From contig JAVHQC010000004.1 in the NCBI GenBank assembly GCA_036170915.1, positions 37,933 to 101,932 of the forward strand: DNA of 64,000 nucleotides. Direction: 5' to 3'. This stretch comes from Cyanobacteria bacterium auto_48_18. Its GTDB lineage: Bacteria > Cyanobacteriota > Vampirovibrionia > Obscuribacterales > Obscuribacteraceae. Made by a program: the position numbers and the translations under genes. The notes under the pieces are model-generated. The model was not told the origin of the DNA. It did no database searches and worked only from the letters and a program-made list of their open reading frames with translations. Below are positions 51,839 to 60,749 of the stretch, one piece after another. The stretch's first letter is position 1. Every line of letters starts with the position of its first letter.

Positions 51839-51866
51839 GGTGCCACTGTCAGTCGACGGTGGCACC
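51839..51866. other. GC-rich inverted repeat between the BON and zinc-ribbon genes
   Basis: GGTGCCACTGTC-agtc-GACGGTGGCACC (one G-U pair), no T tract. Confidence 0.6.
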
Positions 51867-51902
51867 CGATGCTCATTAGCCCGAAGTGGGAGGTCGAATA
51901 TT

Positions 51903-52196
51903 ATGTCTGGCGATATAACAGTCAACTGTCGTTCTTGTTTCAAAAGATTTGTCTTTTCTATTGAAGAGCAGGAATTTTTCAACAGTTGCGGCCTCACCAA
52001 CTCACCTAAGCGCTGCCACAATTGCCGCCTGGTTTCACGGGTGCAACGAGTCTCAGGAAGTACCGAACATACCTCAGCTGTACAGTGTGCTGAATGTGGA
52101 ACGCGCACTGTTGTGCCATTTATACCGAAAAACGGGAAGCCTATCTACTGTAATCAATGCTTCCGTAACAAGCGGTCTGAATCTCTGGCGGTCTAG
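51903..52196 (+). CDS. Zinc-ribbon + CxxC-x17-CxxC domain protein
   Basis: CRSC..FVFSIEEQEFF..PKRCHNC; CAECG..VPFIP...PIYCNQC; GGAGG RBS. Confidence 0.9.
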   Translation: MSGDITVNCRSCFKRFVFSIEEQEFFNSCGLTNSPKRCHNCRLVSRVQRVSGSTEHTSAVQCAECGTRTVVPFIPKNGKPIYCNQCFRNKRSESLAV

Positions 52197-52215
52197 AAGA
52201 ATTTAGAAAATTTTT

Positions 52216-52240
52216 GGAACTTATGGGACCTCCTCTAGTC
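52216..52240 (+). promoter_or_regulatory. ECF-type promoter GGAAC-N17-GTC for the Ser/Thr kinase
   Basis: ggaac ttatgggacctcctcta gtc. Confidence 0.75.
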
Positions 52241-52270
52241 TGAAGCGGCACAAGATTAGAGGGTTGTCAG

Positions 52271-53272
52271 ATGGCAATTTTAAGACAAGTTCAGAGCGAT
52301 AAGCGAATGTGCCTGGTGTGCCAACTAGCCTTTGTTGGTACGACTAAAAAATGCCCCAACGACGGCACACCTCTAGTGCTGATCAGTGACCCTTTAATAG
52401 GAAGCTTTTTAGACCAGGGTTATCAAATAATCGAGCAGGTGGGCCGTGGTGCTATGGGCTCGGTCTACAAAGCCAATGGTGAAGACGGCGAAATTGTGGC
52501 GGTGAAAGTGCTGCATAAATCGCTTGTTGGAGAGCTTGAGCCGGTGCGCCGCTTTCAGATGGAGGCAGAGCTGACTAGCCGTCTGTCACATCGCAACATT
52601 ATTACTGTGGATGATTTTGGCGTGCTCGAGGATGGCCGCCCATACATGATTATGGATTACATCGAAGGCGAATGTATTAACGACATCGTGGACGCGTATG
52701 GCCCTCTATCCTTGCAAGAAGCACTACCCATCTTTATACAGGTAGCGCAGGCACTCGGTTATGCGCACGAACAAAATATTATTCATCGAGATGTAAAACT
52801 GAGCAATATTATGCTCATCAATTTGCCGCATCAGCGCAATGTGGTCAAGCTGGTTGATTTTGGTATTGCCAAGCAACTCACTTCTGATTGCTCCTTTGAA
52901 GATCAAAACGGTTTAACTGATGCTGGTCAGGTAGTTGGTAGCCCACTATACATGAGCCCAGAACAATGCATGGGCCAGGCTCTTGATCACCGCACAGACA
53001 TTTATTCTCTTGGTTGTGTTATGTATTACGCGCTTACTGGTAGACCGGTGTTCACTGCCGAGAGCATTATGCAGTTGATGCGTCACCAAATTGCGCGCCC
53101 ACCTCAACCTTTACGCACATTGACCAGCTCTGTATCAGAAGAAGTGGAAAAAATTGTGCTCAAAGCTTTGGCAAAGCGGCCTGAAGATCGTTATCAGTCC
53201 ATGAATGAGATGGTAGCGGACCTTGAACAAGCTCTTGACCGAGTATCTCCGCTGCATATTGTTGCCGCCTAA
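52271..53272 (+). CDS. Soluble Hanks-type Ser/Thr protein kinase with N-terminal Cys knuckle
   Basis: GRGAMGSV, VAVK, HRDVKLSN, DFG, YMSPEQ. Confidence 0.95.
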   Translation: MAILRQVQSDKRMCLVCQLAFVGTTKKCPNDGTPLVLISDPLIGSFLDQGYQIIEQVGRGAMGSVYKANGEDGEIVAVKVLHKSLVGELEPVRRFQMEAELTSRLSHRNIITVDDFGVLEDGRPYMIMDYIEGECINDIVDAYGPLSLQEALPIFIQVAQALGYAHEQNIIHRDVKLSNIMLINLPHQRNVVKLVDFGIAKQLTSDCSFEDQNGLTDAGQVVGSPLYMSPEQCMGQALDHRTDIYSLGCVMYYALTGRPVFTAESIMQLMRHQIARPPQPLRTLTSSVSEEVEKIVLKALAKRPEDRYQSMNEMVADLEQALDRVSPLHIVAA

Positions 53273-53306
53273 TTGGTTTGATTTACATAATTAGCTCGGC
53301 AAATGT

Positions 53307-53331
53307 GGAACTAAAAAGTCTTCTGTTAGTC
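53307..53331 (+). promoter_or_regulatory. ECF-type promoter GGAAC-N17-GTC
   Basis: ggaac taaaaagtcttctgtta gtc. Confidence 0.75.
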
Positions 53332-53393
53332 AACTCTAGCGTGAGGCTATGCTGTGGTTTACAGCTGTCGATCAACCATTCGAGGTGTGACTG

Positions 53394-53711
53394 ATGAATT
53401 ATCGCATTACACAACAAGTAGAAGACTTTCTCCCTAATATCGTGGAATTTATTACAGATCCCACCATTAAAGGTGACGTGGTCGGCGAGGAAGGAAAGCT
53501 AACTCTTTATTCCTTTACTGATGACGACGCCATTCTCGGCGAGCTTGTGTTTTCACACAGCAATTGGCGCGGTTCAGTTTCTATTAATGGCGAAGTGTCC
53601 ATTGGTGAGTGGGACGATCAAACCAAAAGTTTATTTATTGCCGCCAACGGTGGCTCCTGCCAGGTCAGGGGCGAACAAATGGTAGTAGAAATCACAAGCC
53701 CGGTAATCTAG
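53394..53711 (+). CDS. Hypothetical protein
   Basis: GAGGTG RBS; 105 aa. Confidence 0.7.
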   Translation: MNYRITQQVEDFLPNIVEFITDPTIKGDVVGEEGKLTLYSFTDDDAILGELVFSHSNWRGSVSINGEVSIGEWDDQTKSLFIAANGGSCQVRGEQMVVEITSPVI

Positions 53712-53746
53712 CTTGTCCAAGTTGAGCAAAGCTGGCGACACCATTT

Positions 53747-54679
53747 ATGGAGCAGATAATGTTATTCAATTTACGCCTGACACGATTTTTGCCGCTTATG
53801 CTCGCATGCAGTGTCACTATGCCCGCTCTAGCGGCCGACAAGGCAGAGCCACCTGTAGGTGGTCCTAACCTCGAGGCTCGCATTAAGGCGGAGAACAAGA
53901 AGCCAGACAAAGCTGAGAAACTTCCGGTTGGCAGAAAGGAAAAGGGCGACAAAGCCACCATTACAGTCAAGGCTGACCTGGCCAAAAAAGATTCCACAGC
54001 GAAAGAAGAAAAAGACGCTAAGGCAGTGCAGGCCAATCGTGATTTGCAACCGGGCTCCAGCAGCGATCCTACAGATTCTGACGATCCGCCGATTAAAGGT
54101 TTCCACCCAATTAAACGTGCACTGGCCCCGGTGGTACGTTTAGAGAAAAATAGCCGACAGTTGCAAAAACAGATTGTCAAATTGGAAAAGCCCATTAGTA
54201 ATTTGCAGCCGGCCATGAATGGTCTGCACGAAAAAATGGACGGTGTTGATAAGAGCCTGAAAACAATGGACAGCCACCTCACCACTATGGATGGCCATGT
54301 CACCACTGTTGGTGCCCAAGTGACTGGCGTGCGCGGCGATTTGAGCGCTATGCGCAAAGATCTTGCAGCTCTCCAATCACCCCTGCGCGCCCTGCTTGAA
54401 CCATTGCATAATGTGGCTACTCCGCTTGAACAAGTGCGCAAAGAATTGGCCGACATGCGCGCGCTATTAGCTACAGTACTTGGAGCCATCGTTGTTGCCA
54501 CGATTGGTATTGCCATCGGCACTCCACTTGCTGCAATTCTGATTTTTAAGAATAGACGCAAAATCTTCCCCAAAATGGATGAGAAAGATTTTCCTGGCAC
54601 TCAGGCAGCGGCGGCGGATGGGCAGGTCAATGAATCAGCGACGGAGCCGGTCAAAGAACCTGTCAAAGTGGCAAAATAA
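53747..54679 (+). CDS. Exported coiled-coil protein with C-terminal TM anchor
   Basis: Signal peptide, heptad repeats, hydrophobic C-terminal helix. Confidence 0.8.
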   Translation: MEQIMLFNLRLTRFLPLMLACSVTMPALAADKAEPPVGGPNLEARIKAENKKPDKAEKLPVGRKEKGDKATITVKADLAKKDSTAKEEKDAKAVQANRDLQPGSSSDPTDSDDPPIKGFHPIKRALAPVVRLEKNSRQLQKQIVKLEKPISNLQPAMNGLHEKMDGVDKSLKTMDSHLTTMDGHVTTVGAQVTGVRGDLSAMRKDLAALQSPLRALLEPLHNVATPLEQVRKELADMRALLATVLGAIVVATIGIAIGTPLAAILIFKNRRKIFPKMDEKDFPGTQAAAADGQVNESATEPVKEPVKVAK

Positions 54680-54725
54680 ATACGATCGAACGTTGTCGAG
54701 TTAAGACAGCATCCTGGAGGTTATT

Positions 54726-55259
54726 ATGAAAGAGTCTGTATATTGTTCCGTGGCCCGCCACGAAGAATTGAATAAACTAGTTGATTCGCTTAAGGCAGCT
54801 GGTTTCAAGCCTGAAGATATTTCAGTGATCTTAGATGACAAACCAGGCACATGGGACGCAGACAGTGGACGCGCGCCTGAAGGCACCGTTATTGGTGCCG
54901 GCACCGGAGCCGCTGTTGGTGGAGCTTTGGGTTTAATGGCAGCGCTAGGCTTGGTGGCAGTGCCTATAGCTGGTCCATTTCTGGCAGCTGGGCCTCTTCT
55001 CGCAGCCTTAGGGGGTGCAGTGGCAGGAACGGCTGTTGGTGGCTTAACTGGTGCTTTTGTCGGCATGGGCATTCCTAAGGAACAAGCCGAGAAATTTGAA
55101 GGACGCATTTTGGAAGGTAGTGCAGTGGTGGCAGTTCACACTCCAAGCGCTACTAGTATGGATAAAGCTGTAGAGCTATGCGAAAGTGTCGGCGCCATTG
55201 ATATAACTCGTGTTGAAGGGCCTGAAGTGCTAGCCGCGTCTAAGACCACTGTGTCCTAA
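54726..55259 (+). CDS. General stress membrane protein, paralog of 43314-43838
   Basis: GFKPEDISV, RAPEG, VPIAGPFLAAGP, GMGIPKEQAEKFE; GGAGG RBS. Confidence 0.9.
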   Translation: MKESVYCSVARHEELNKLVDSLKAAGFKPEDISVILDDKPGTWDADSGRAPEGTVIGAGTGAAVGGALGLMAALGLVAVPIAGPFLAAGPLLAALGGAVAGTAVGGLTGAFVGMGIPKEQAEKFEGRILEGSAVVAVHTPSATSMDKAVELCESVGAIDITRVEGPEVLAASKTTVS

Positions 55260-55276
55260 TTCCGTATTCTAAGAAT

Positions 55277-55301
55277 GGAACTTTGCTCGCAAGGTTCCGT
55301 C
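55277..55301 (+). promoter_or_regulatory. ECF-type promoter GGAAC-N17-GTC
   Basis: ggaac tttgctcgcaaggttcc gtc. Confidence 0.75.
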
Positions 55302-55321
55302 ACGAGCCCCAGAGGTGTCTC

Positions 55322-55744
55322 GTGGAAACTACGCATACACAAAAAGCTGTACTTCGCCTGCATGATTATCCAGCAGTATTAATCATTGAAGACGATCTGT
55401 TACAACGAAAGCTATACAAACTCATTGCCACCCAAGTGCAGATGAAGCCTACGATTGTGGGCGACGCGGCCGCGGCGGTTATAGCAGCCGGCCAGTCTGA
55501 TTTTGCCCTTGTGATTATGGATTTGCAGATGCCTGATTCTGATGGTTTTCTTTGCGCTCAAAGTTTGCGTCAGTTGCCTCGGATTTCTGGTAACGGCACG
55601 CCCATAATCGCTGTCACCGCTCATGCCATGCAGGGTGATCGGGAGCGTTGCCTGGCAGCAGGTATGGATGACTATTTAAGTAAACCGTTCACTTTGCTCG
55701 AGCTGCGTACCAAGATTGCCCAGTGGACAGGCGCCCGCACTTAG
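55322..55744 (+). CDS. Single-domain response regulator
   Basis: IEDD, MDLQMPD, AVTAHAM, YLSKP; GTG start after GAGGTG, downstream of the promoter. Confidence 0.88.
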   Translation: METTHTQKAVLRLHDYPAVLIIEDDLLQRKLYKLIATQVQMKPTIVGDAAAAVIAAGQSDFALVIMDLQMPDSDGFLCAQSLRQLPRISGNGTPIIAVTAHAMQGDRERCLAAGMDDYLSKPFTLLELRTKIAQWTGART

Positions 55745-55767
55745 TTCGGGCCGGCTCTGCGCCTCAC

Positions 55768-58614
55768 CTATAGATTGAGCTTTTTCTTCAAGTCATTGCG
55801 GTGTTGCAAAATACCCGCCCAGATATCACCTTTCGTTGCTAGCCTTTCAGGCATGGTGAAAACTGTGAAATCAGTGGGATAGACATGGCCCAGCTCTTTC
55901 CAGTCGAGGGGTGTTGATGCTGATGCCTCCACTGCAGAACGCAGTGAATATGGCACAGGCAGTGTCTTACCTCTGGCGTTCATATTGTGATCAAAGAAAA
56001 TTTTACCTGGCCTTTTTTTGATACTCCATTCCATGGTGATGTCTTCAGGATGAGCGGCCAGCAGGTGGCGGCCTAGAATCTCGCAGCAGCTGCGCACTGC
56101 GTCATAGGGAATATTGCGCTCAATAGGAATATAAATATGCAAACCGGTTTTGCCAGACGTTTTCACAAATGCCTCTAGCTTGAGACCATCTAGTATTTCT
56201 TTAAGCCAGAGCGCGCTTTCGCAAGTTTTATCGAAACCCTTTTGATGTAATTGTGGCTCTTCTTTGTGCTTTTCTTTGCCGCTATAAATATAGGGATCGA
56301 GATCGAGCACGAGATAATCTGGGTGATTAGCTACGCTGTTTTCAACATTTTTCAGCGATCCGGTAGTTTTACCCGGCAGATTTTTTTCGGGCGCAATGCG
56401 AGTGTGCGAGGCATGCAGCTCCAGACCCCCCATTTGACCGCACCAGACAAGGGTAGCCAGATTGTTGCACAATAAAAATTCGCCGTCGCCATCGCTATGT
56501 TCAGAATAATAGTCAACAGTTTCTAAAAATGGTGGCACAGTGTTCTTCTGATGCTTCTGGAAAAAACGCTGACCATTGATACCATCCGGCATTCTGATCA
56601 TAGTGAATGGCCTATCTTTTAAATGCTGCAAAATATAGGGCGAGGCTTGCAGCAAGTAACGGATGTAATCACGTTTGGTTACGGCGTCTGTGCTCTCAGA
56701 AGCTGGCCAGAATATTTTGTTTAGATGACTGAGTTTGACTTCGTAATCTTCAACTTTGAAAAGACCATTTTCAGGTGCACTGTCGAGACGCTCAATTAAT
56801 TCAGCGATTTCAGGGCTGCTGTTAGCGCTTTTTGTTCTTTTGGCAGGAGACTTGCTGAGGGCTTTAGCGCCTGTTTTTTTTGTCGCTACTTTAATTGTCT
56901 TCTTTTCGCTTTTGACTGTTTTCTTTTCGTCGACCACAACCACCGCCTCAGGTACAATTTTCACAGGATCAATATCTGCTCGCAAGTGCATAAAGACTGG
57001 TGCGCGTAATAAACCCTGTTTTGTCTTTTCTGAATATTTTATTTCGGCTACAAGCTCGGGTTTGACCCAGGTAACGTCCTTGCTTGCATATTCTTTGGGT
57101 ACTGTTACCGGTGACTTCGCTACTTTAATAGTCTTAAGTTGTTTGGTCAATTCCTTAAGCAGTCTGGTATTAAATCCAGTGCCAACTTTTCCAGCGTATT
57201 GTAGACTGCCGTCTTTGTTGCGCTCGGCGATAATTAGTGCTCCGAGTAAGCCATTTCGTGCTCCACCACCTGCTGAAAAACCGCAGACAACAAATTCTGA
57301 GCTTTTGTTGCCTTTTACTTTCAACCAGTTGGCACTGCGCTTACCTGGTGTATAGACGCTATCGAGTGACTTAGCGACAATACCTTCCATACCTTCCTCC
57401 ATAGCTTTCTGAAAGGCTTTCTTACCATCGCCAGTATAGGCCTCAACTACTAAAACGTTTTTGTTGCTCTTTCTGCTTACATGTTTTTTTAGCAGCGGCA
57501 GCCTGGCTGAAAGTGGTTCATTGAGCAAGCTAGCAGTATCGGCTTGCAAAATATCAAACACGTAAAAGCGAATAAGTGGACCACTGGCTGTTTTGCCCTT
57601 CGACTTAAACATTGACCTCGCCTGCAACAATTCAAAGGACGGCACACCTTTATCGTTAATGGCGACAATCTCACCATCGATGATCATGTTGGTGGTCAAT
57701 TTTGTTAGTTGATCGACAATTTGTGGAAACTTGTCGGTAATATCGATGCCATTGCGAGAGAGCATTTTCACCTGGCCTTTGAAAATGTAGGCAATGGCGC
57801 GAATGCCGTCAAATTTTGGTTCGTAAATCCAGTTAGTGGTGGAGAATGGCTGTGATGCCAGAGAAGCCAGCATTGGCTCAATCAACTTAGGCGGCTTGGC
57901 CGCGGCAGCTGAAACGGTCTTTTTAGAAATTGTGGATTTTGCTACTGCAGCTTTTGTTGGTGTGGATTTTGCTCGAGTTGATTTTGCTTTAGTAGATTTT
58001 GCTGGAGATGCGGCTTCAGGGTCCTTTAAAGTTTTTTTTGACAGCACTGACCTGATATCATCGGTAATTTCTTGATCACTACCAGTCTTGGCAAATTCGT
58101 CATCTCCTTTAACTAGCAACCAGTTTTTCTCTGCGCCAGGTCGGCTTAGTTGAATCAAAGTAAAGGCGCCGTTCAATTTTTTGCCATGCATAATGATGGT
58201 CAATTTGCCTTTGGCAATGCCTCTAAGAACAGCTTTGCCCATCTCGTCCTTGGTGGCCGTTGCCGGCAACCCTTCAACCCTAAAAGTGCCGATGTCCCAG
58301 ACAATTACATCACCACCACCATACTCACCTTGAGGAATGGACCCCTCAAAACTGGCATAACCAATCGGATGATCTTCAACATGAACAGCCAGCCTTTTTT
58401 GACCGGGATCTAAAGACGGCCCCTTTGGCACGGCCCACGAGACTAAAACACCTTGAGCTTCTAGTCGAAAATCATAGTGTAAATGGCTGGCAGCGTGCTT
58501 TTGCACACAGAACAGCAGTTGCTTCTTGCTGGCTTTCACATTTTCAGCGCCGGAAGGCTCGCTGGTTTTTTTGAAGTCGCGTTTATTTTGGTAGGTTTTC
58601 AGGGCCGTACTCAT
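55768..58614 (-). CDS. ligD: NHEJ DNA ligase D (phosphoesterase-ligase-polymerase order)
   Basis: QKHAASHLHYDFRLE, EPKFDGIR, EGIVAK, LDLDP, KTSGKTGLH; start MSTALKTY downstream of the promoter motif. Confidence 0.95.
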   Translation of the reverse strand: MSTALKTYQNKRDFKKTSEPSGAENVKASKKQLLFCVQKHAASHLHYDFRLEAQGVLVSWAVPKGPSLDPGQKRLAVHVEDHPIGYASFEGSIPQGEYGGGDVIVWDIGTFRVEGLPATATKDEMGKAVLRGIAKGKLTIIMHGKKLNGAFTLIQLSRPGAEKNWLLVKGDDEFAKTGSDQEITDDIRSVLSKKTLKDPEAASPAKSTKAKSTRAKSTPTKAAVAKSTISKKTVSAAAAKPPKLIEPMLASLASQPFSTTNWIYEPKFDGIRAIAYIFKGQVKMLSRNGIDITDKFPQIVDQLTKLTTNMIIDGEIVAINDKGVPSFELLQARSMFKSKGKTASGPLIRFYVFDILQADTASLLNEPLSARLPLLKKHVSRKSNKNVLVVEAYTGDGKKAFQKAMEEGMEGIVAKSLDSVYTPGKRSANWLKVKGNKSSEFVVCGFSAGGGARNGLLGALIIAERNKDGSLQYAGKVGTGFNTRLLKELTKQLKTIKVAKSPVTVPKEYASKDVTWVKPELVAEIKYSEKTKQGLLRAPVFMHLRADIDPVKIVPEAVVVVDEKKTVKSEKKTIKVATKKTGAKALSKSPAKRTKSANSSPEIAELIERLDSAPENGLFKVEDYEVKLSHLNKIFWPASESTDAVTKRDYIRYLLQASPYILQHLKDRPFTMIRMPDGINGQRFFQKHQKNTVPPFLETVDYYSEHSDGDGEFLLCNNLATLVWCGQMGGLELHASHTRIAPEKNLPGKTTGSLKNVENSVANHPDYLVLDLDPYIYSGKEKHKEEPQLHQKGFDKTCESALWLKEILDGLKLEAFVKTSGKTGLHIYIPIERNIPYDAVRSCCEILGRHLLAAHPEDITMEWSIKKRPGKIFFDHNMNARGKTLPVPYSLRSAVEASASTPLDWKELGHVYPTDFTVFTMPERLATKGDIWAGILQHRNDLKKKLNL

Positions 58615-58648
58615 TGCTTCAACCTTTTCAGTGACATCTTGCTGTCTC

Positions 58649-58673
58649 GACCTCACTAATATTGAATTGTTCC
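58649..58673 (-). promoter_or_regulatory. ECF-type promoter GGAAC-N17-GTC for ligD
   Basis: gac-N17-gttcc. Confidence 0.75.
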
Positions 58674-58690
58674 CTTTGGTTGAGCTTGGT

Positions 58691-58715
58691 GGAACTTTGG
58701 CAACGCGGTGCCGTC
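58691..58715 (+). promoter_or_regulatory. ECF-type promoter GGAAC-N17-GTC for ku
   Basis: ggaac tttggcaacgcggtgcc gtc. Confidence 0.75.
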
Positions 58716-58739
58716 TCAACACCTGCCTCAAAGGAGATT

Positions 58740-59738
58740 ATGGCAATGGCGCATGCAATGTGGACTGGCACGATTAGTTTCGGCCTGGTTTCTATCCCTG
58801 TAAGACTGATGGCAGCTACCAGTCGTAAAGGCGTTTCTTTTAACCTCTTGCATAAAGAATGTCACAACCGTATTCAAGAGAAACGCTGGTGCCCCGAGTG
58901 CGATAAAGAAATTACCTGGGATGACGTGGAGAAAGGCTATCAGTATGCCAAAGACGAGTATGTTTCCTTTTCTCCTGAAGATTTTGAATCGCTCCCTCTA
59001 CCCAGCAAAAATATTTTAGAAGTAGAGTCATTTGTGGAAATCGACGAGATTGATCCTATTTATTTTGACAGCAGTTATTTTTTGCAGCCAGATAAGAAAG
59101 GAAATAATTCCTATAATCTTTTGCGCACCGCTCTTGAGAAAAAGAAGATGGTGGCAGTGGGTAAAATTGCCCTGCGAACTAAAGAACGTCTTTGCATTGT
59201 GAGGGTTTATGGTTCGCATCTTGTGGTGGAGACTTTGTTGTATCCTGATGAAATCAATATGCAAGATGAAGAAATCGCTAAAACCGCGCCTTCAAAACAA
59301 GAATTGAGTATTGCTGAGCATTTGGTTGATTTGATGACCAGCCCCTTTGATCCTGAGCAATACAAAGATAATTATCGCGAGGCTTTAGAAGAACTAGTTG
59401 AAGCCAAAGTTAGCGGCAGTGGCATCAAAGCACCAGCCAAGAAAGCCACCACCGGTAAGGTGCTTGATCTCATGGAAGCTTTGCGTGAAAGCGTATTGTC
59501 AGCCAAAAAAGGCGGCAGCAGTAGCAAGCGTTCTGCCGGCAGAGCAGGAGCTGAAGACGATGTAGCTGACTCTGAAAAAGTAAAGGCGGCACCAAGAAAG
59601 AAATTGGCGACTGTTAAAAAGCCAGCTGCAACCACACGCCGCACCGCAGCTCCAGCTAAGAAGGCTGCTGCACGCGCCAAAGAAACTGCCGCTAAGAAGA
59701 AAGTCAGTCCGATTCAGCGCAAGAGAAAAGCCAGCTAA
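58740..59738 (+). CDS. ku: NHEJ Ku protein with long basic tail
   Basis: WTGTISFGLVSIPV, KGY, YKDNYRE, DLMEALRES; AAGGAG RBS. Confidence 0.95.
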   Translation: MAMAHAMWTGTISFGLVSIPVRLMAATSRKGVSFNLLHKECHNRIQEKRWCPECDKEITWDDVEKGYQYAKDEYVSFSPEDFESLPLPSKNILEVESFVEIDEIDPIYFDSSYFLQPDKKGNNSYNLLRTALEKKKMVAVGKIALRTKERLCIVRVYGSHLVVETLLYPDEINMQDEEIAKTAPSKQELSIAEHLVDLMTSPFDPEQYKDNYREALEELVEAKVSGSGIKAPAKKATTGKVLDLMEALRESVLSAKKGGSSSKRSAGRAGAEDDVADSEKVKAAPRKKLATVKKPAATTRRTAAPAKKAAARAKETAAKKKVSPIQRKRKAS

Positions 59739-59784
59739 TAACTAGCTGGCTTCTCGAGTCTTGTGAGTGATAGCCTAAAGTTTT

Positions 59785-60213
59785 TTAGCCTATTTTCTCT
59801 TGCAGGGCTTTCACAATGCGCTGCGTTTCTTCTTGCTGCGTGAGCAGCTGGGTCGCAAGTGTTTGAATGGCCGGATCAGCTTTCGTTGTTTCAACAAGCT
59901 CGCGATATTGTTGAATACCACGTTCTTCGCCTTCTTCAAGCAGAGCAACTGCCATTTTGTCGGTCACTACTTCGCCGCCGGCATCTAATGCCCTTGAGGT
60001 CTTACCCCATATTCCTGACGATTCGGTGGGGCTGCCACCAAGTGCGTAGAGTGTGCCGGCAAGGGTATCTACCCGTTTTACGTGACAATCACGAGCAATT
60101 TCTAACTGCTGTATATCGTCTTCGTGGTGAAACGATTCTATTGCTTGATTGTAGGTCTCAACGGCAGACATTTCTGCGCAAAGAAGTTTTGTCAGGTCGC
60201 TGGTGGCCGTCAT
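59785..60213 (-). CDS. Ferritin-like DUF2383/PA2169-like protein
   Basis: EMSAVETYNQAI, H, LGG-P-ESSGIWG, LEEGEERG..QY. Confidence 0.85.
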   Translation of the reverse strand: MTATSDLTKLLCAEMSAVETYNQAIESFHHEDDIQQLEIARDCHVKRVDTLAGTLYALGGSPTESSGIWGKTSRALDAGGEVVTDKMAVALLEEGEERGIQQYRELVETTKADPAIQTLATQLLTQQEETQRIVKALQEKIG

Positions 60214-60232
60214 CCGGTATTCCTCACGTTGT

Positions 60233-60580
60233 TTAGTTTACTCTTTTCGAAAGAGCCTTCCGATGAAGGCGATTGCTTAGATCATTCAGTCTGCTCTCGA
60301 TCTTGTTAATATCGGCGTAACTAAGTCTGCCACCGTTTTTCATTCTCATTTTCTGCTCATTCTCGCGAATGCTTCTATTTTGGTTGCGTAAGTCATTTGC
60401 TTCGCGAAGTGTCAGTTCACCGCTGCGTTGAGCACGATTGATTTTCGCCAGAAGAGCGCTGTGCCGCTGGTCGATGGTCAGGCGATGCGACCGGGCATCT
60501 GCTGCATTAACGTTAACGCTGCTGAATGCAAGCGGCAGTATAAAAGATATGGCGAGAACAACGGGTCTGATTTTTCTCAT
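60233..60580 (-). CDS. Secreted basic helical-bundle protein
   Basis: Signal peptide from ATG 60580; GELT..EA..LR, GRLS motifs. Confidence 0.8.
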   Translation of the reverse strand: MRKIRPVVLAISFILPLAFSSVNVNAADARSHRLTIDQRHSALLAKINRAQRSGELTLREANDLRNQNRSIRENEQKMRMKNGGRLSYADINKIESRLNDLSNRLHRKALSKRVN

Positions 60581-60636
60581 TGAAATTTTCCTAGTTTGAC
60601 ATGTTACAGATTTATGAGTGCTTACACCTCGGCGAA

Positions 60637-60661
60637 GACGTCGGCACAGTGCGATAGTTCC
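60637..60661 (-). promoter_or_regulatory. ECF-type promoter GGAAC-N17-GTC
   Basis: gac-N17-gttcc. Confidence 0.75.
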
Positions 60662-60673
60662 AAAAAACATTTT

Positions 60674-60699
60674 GGAACAACCTGTTGGTGGGTTCCGTC
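60674..60699 (+). promoter_or_regulatory. ECF-type promoter GGAAC-N18-GTC
   Basis: ggaac aacctgttggtgggttcc gtc. Confidence 0.7.
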
Positions 60700-60749
60700 A
60701 ATTGCCGCAGAAACAAAGACCCAATCAATGTGAAAAGCATGGAGAAGTG

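Noticed and set aside
53692..54600. 302-aa minus-strand ORF
   Set aside because: Antisense shadow of the exported coiled-coil gene, which has a signal peptide, TM anchor and operon context
58615..58739. Overlapping N-terminal extensions of ligD and ku in the ORF track
   Set aside because: They span the divergent promoter pair; family-typical starts are at 58614 and 58740. Similar trimming was applied at 21982, 55322, 60580 and 60750
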